In this document: in pieces, positions 62,811 through 64,000 of the stretch | How positions within the stretch are numbered: the first letter of the stretch is position 1 | How the letters are laid out: each line of letters opens with the position of its first letter | The notes under the pieces: model-generated | What the model saw: the letters and a program-made list of their open reading frames with translations, nothing else | Databases searched by the model: none | Told to the model about the DNA's origin: nothing | NCBI GenBank assembly: GCA_013239625.1 | Contig: MU053504.1 | Location: 1,056,001-1,120,000, forward strand | Direction of reading: 5' to 3' | Origin: Lama guanicoe | Taxonomy: Eukaryota | DNA length: 64,000 nucleotides | Translations under genes and position numbers: made by a program

Positions 62811-63365
62811 TGAGGCGGGAAGCCCCATAAAAAGACAGTCAGGAGCCCCAGGCAGGGCCACTACTCTCCTGCCAGCACCGTCGGGTTCCCTGGCGGGAAA
62901 GCTCTATCTAACTTTCTGCCTCTAAAGCGGCTAACTTACACCTAAAATTCTATTGGTTCCCTGAGCTCATTTCTGATTGGTTATTTCCTTCACTCCTGAT
63001 TGGGTATTACTCTCGCTTCTGATTGGTCCACTCCCCTAATTTCTGATTGGTCCATTTGTAATACTTCATTTGCATGGAGCTCACTCCTGATTGGTCTATT
63101 TCTACAAAGCTTGTTCCTGGTTGGTCAACTTCTGTTATACTTTATTTGCATATGATGTTGCAAAGTGTAAAACTGGCAGCCTATAAAAGGCCTATGTAAC
63201 CCTACAGACGGCGTCCAGAGCTTGAAGTGTTAACTTCTCTGGGTACGCTAATTTAGTGAACCTGAGTTCTCCAACTCTTGGAGTGCTGCTTGGTCTCTCA
63301 CCCGGATCTAGGTTGTTGCCACAACTGAGCTGTAACACCGAGCTGCAACACATTTTTCCTCAGCA
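62811..63365 (+). mobile_element. ERV1-type solo LTR inserted in a MIR
   Basis: TG...CA ends, imperfect 4-bp TSD (aaaa/ataa), MIR halves on both sides. Six ATTGG boxes, two ATTTGCAT octamers, TATAAAA at 63182. Confidence 0.85.
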
Positions 63366-64000
63366 ATAATACCACTTCCGTCATGGGGGTGTGGTGAAAT
63401 CAAGCTGAGCCAGACTCCTAGTAAGTCCTCAACGTTTATTTGCTTTTATCATGACCACTACTTTTTACTCTTGTGGCTGGTACAAGCATTACTGTAATGA
63501 CTAGTCTCTTACATGTATCCTGGTAGGCTTCTTACGAGTTTTGCGATAGGTGAGATTCCTAGAAGTTGAATTGTTGCATCTGATGTTTCATTTATTTGGA
63601 ATCAATTTTTGTGAATAGATGAAGAGAGAGATCCCATTTTTCACTTTTCCAAATGGAGAGCTGTGAGAGGCACCTATTAGTTTCTGGATCAGCAGAAATT
63701 AGACATGCAGTGAGGGCAAGTGTTTCCTGAACTCGGATACAGGGTACCTTGATGGAACGTTTCCCCAGTTCCATATGACCCACCTTATCTCTCTGAGGTT
63801 CACCTAGGAGGGCAGAGATTAAGATTAGGAGAATCTTATTTATCTCTTCTGTTTGAATTTTTGTTCCCAATACTGTGAGAAGTCATGTTGTTAATAAACA
63901 GCTCCCCACCCTGCCCTACACAACAAGATAACTACTCTGTAACTGCCAATCTAGACTCGATGTCTAGCGGTCCTGATGCTTGGGTTCTTGTTCTCAGATC

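Noticed and set aside
63592..63872. 92-aa minus-strand ORF as a further pseudogene exon
   Set aside because: Its distal part is L1-like, splice boundaries are ambiguous and no motif is evident; insufficient support.
1..64000. CRISPR arrays, rRNA, prokaryotic systems, named gene symbols
   Set aside because: No repeat-spacer array or rRNA sequence seen. The DNA is mammalian and no exon matched a gene I could recognise with confidence.

Overview
Mammalian genomic DNA, most likely camelid (Camelus/Vicugna), judged from tRNA-Ala-derived vic-1-like SINEs and young L1 3' ends. It is GC-rich and dense in old MIR, L2, MLT1, L1M and MER repeats. No prokaryotic features (rRNA, CRISPR) and no complete intact CDS are recognisable; nearly all ORF-track entries look spurious. 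Layout: (1) 1-14.2 kb is the 3' end of an unidentified + strand gene, with small candidate exons, a ~4.5 kb terminal exon/3'UTR and two AATAAA signals. (2) 14.2-46 kb is repeat-rich intergenic DNA with co-oriented CTCF-like motifs. (3) A CpG island at ~53.5-54.5 kb carries two identical RFX X-box-like sites and candidate + strand exons. (4) The most notable signal is a set of minus-strand, splice-site-bounded, coding-like blocks from ~62 kb down to ~46.5 kb that read like a decayed intron-containing gene with SH3-like and PX-like segments. Its largest exon regains frame when a TSD-flanked L1 insertion is removed. All repeat family names, motifs and domain calls were made by eye from remembered consensus and need database confirmation. 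No gene symbol could be assigned.
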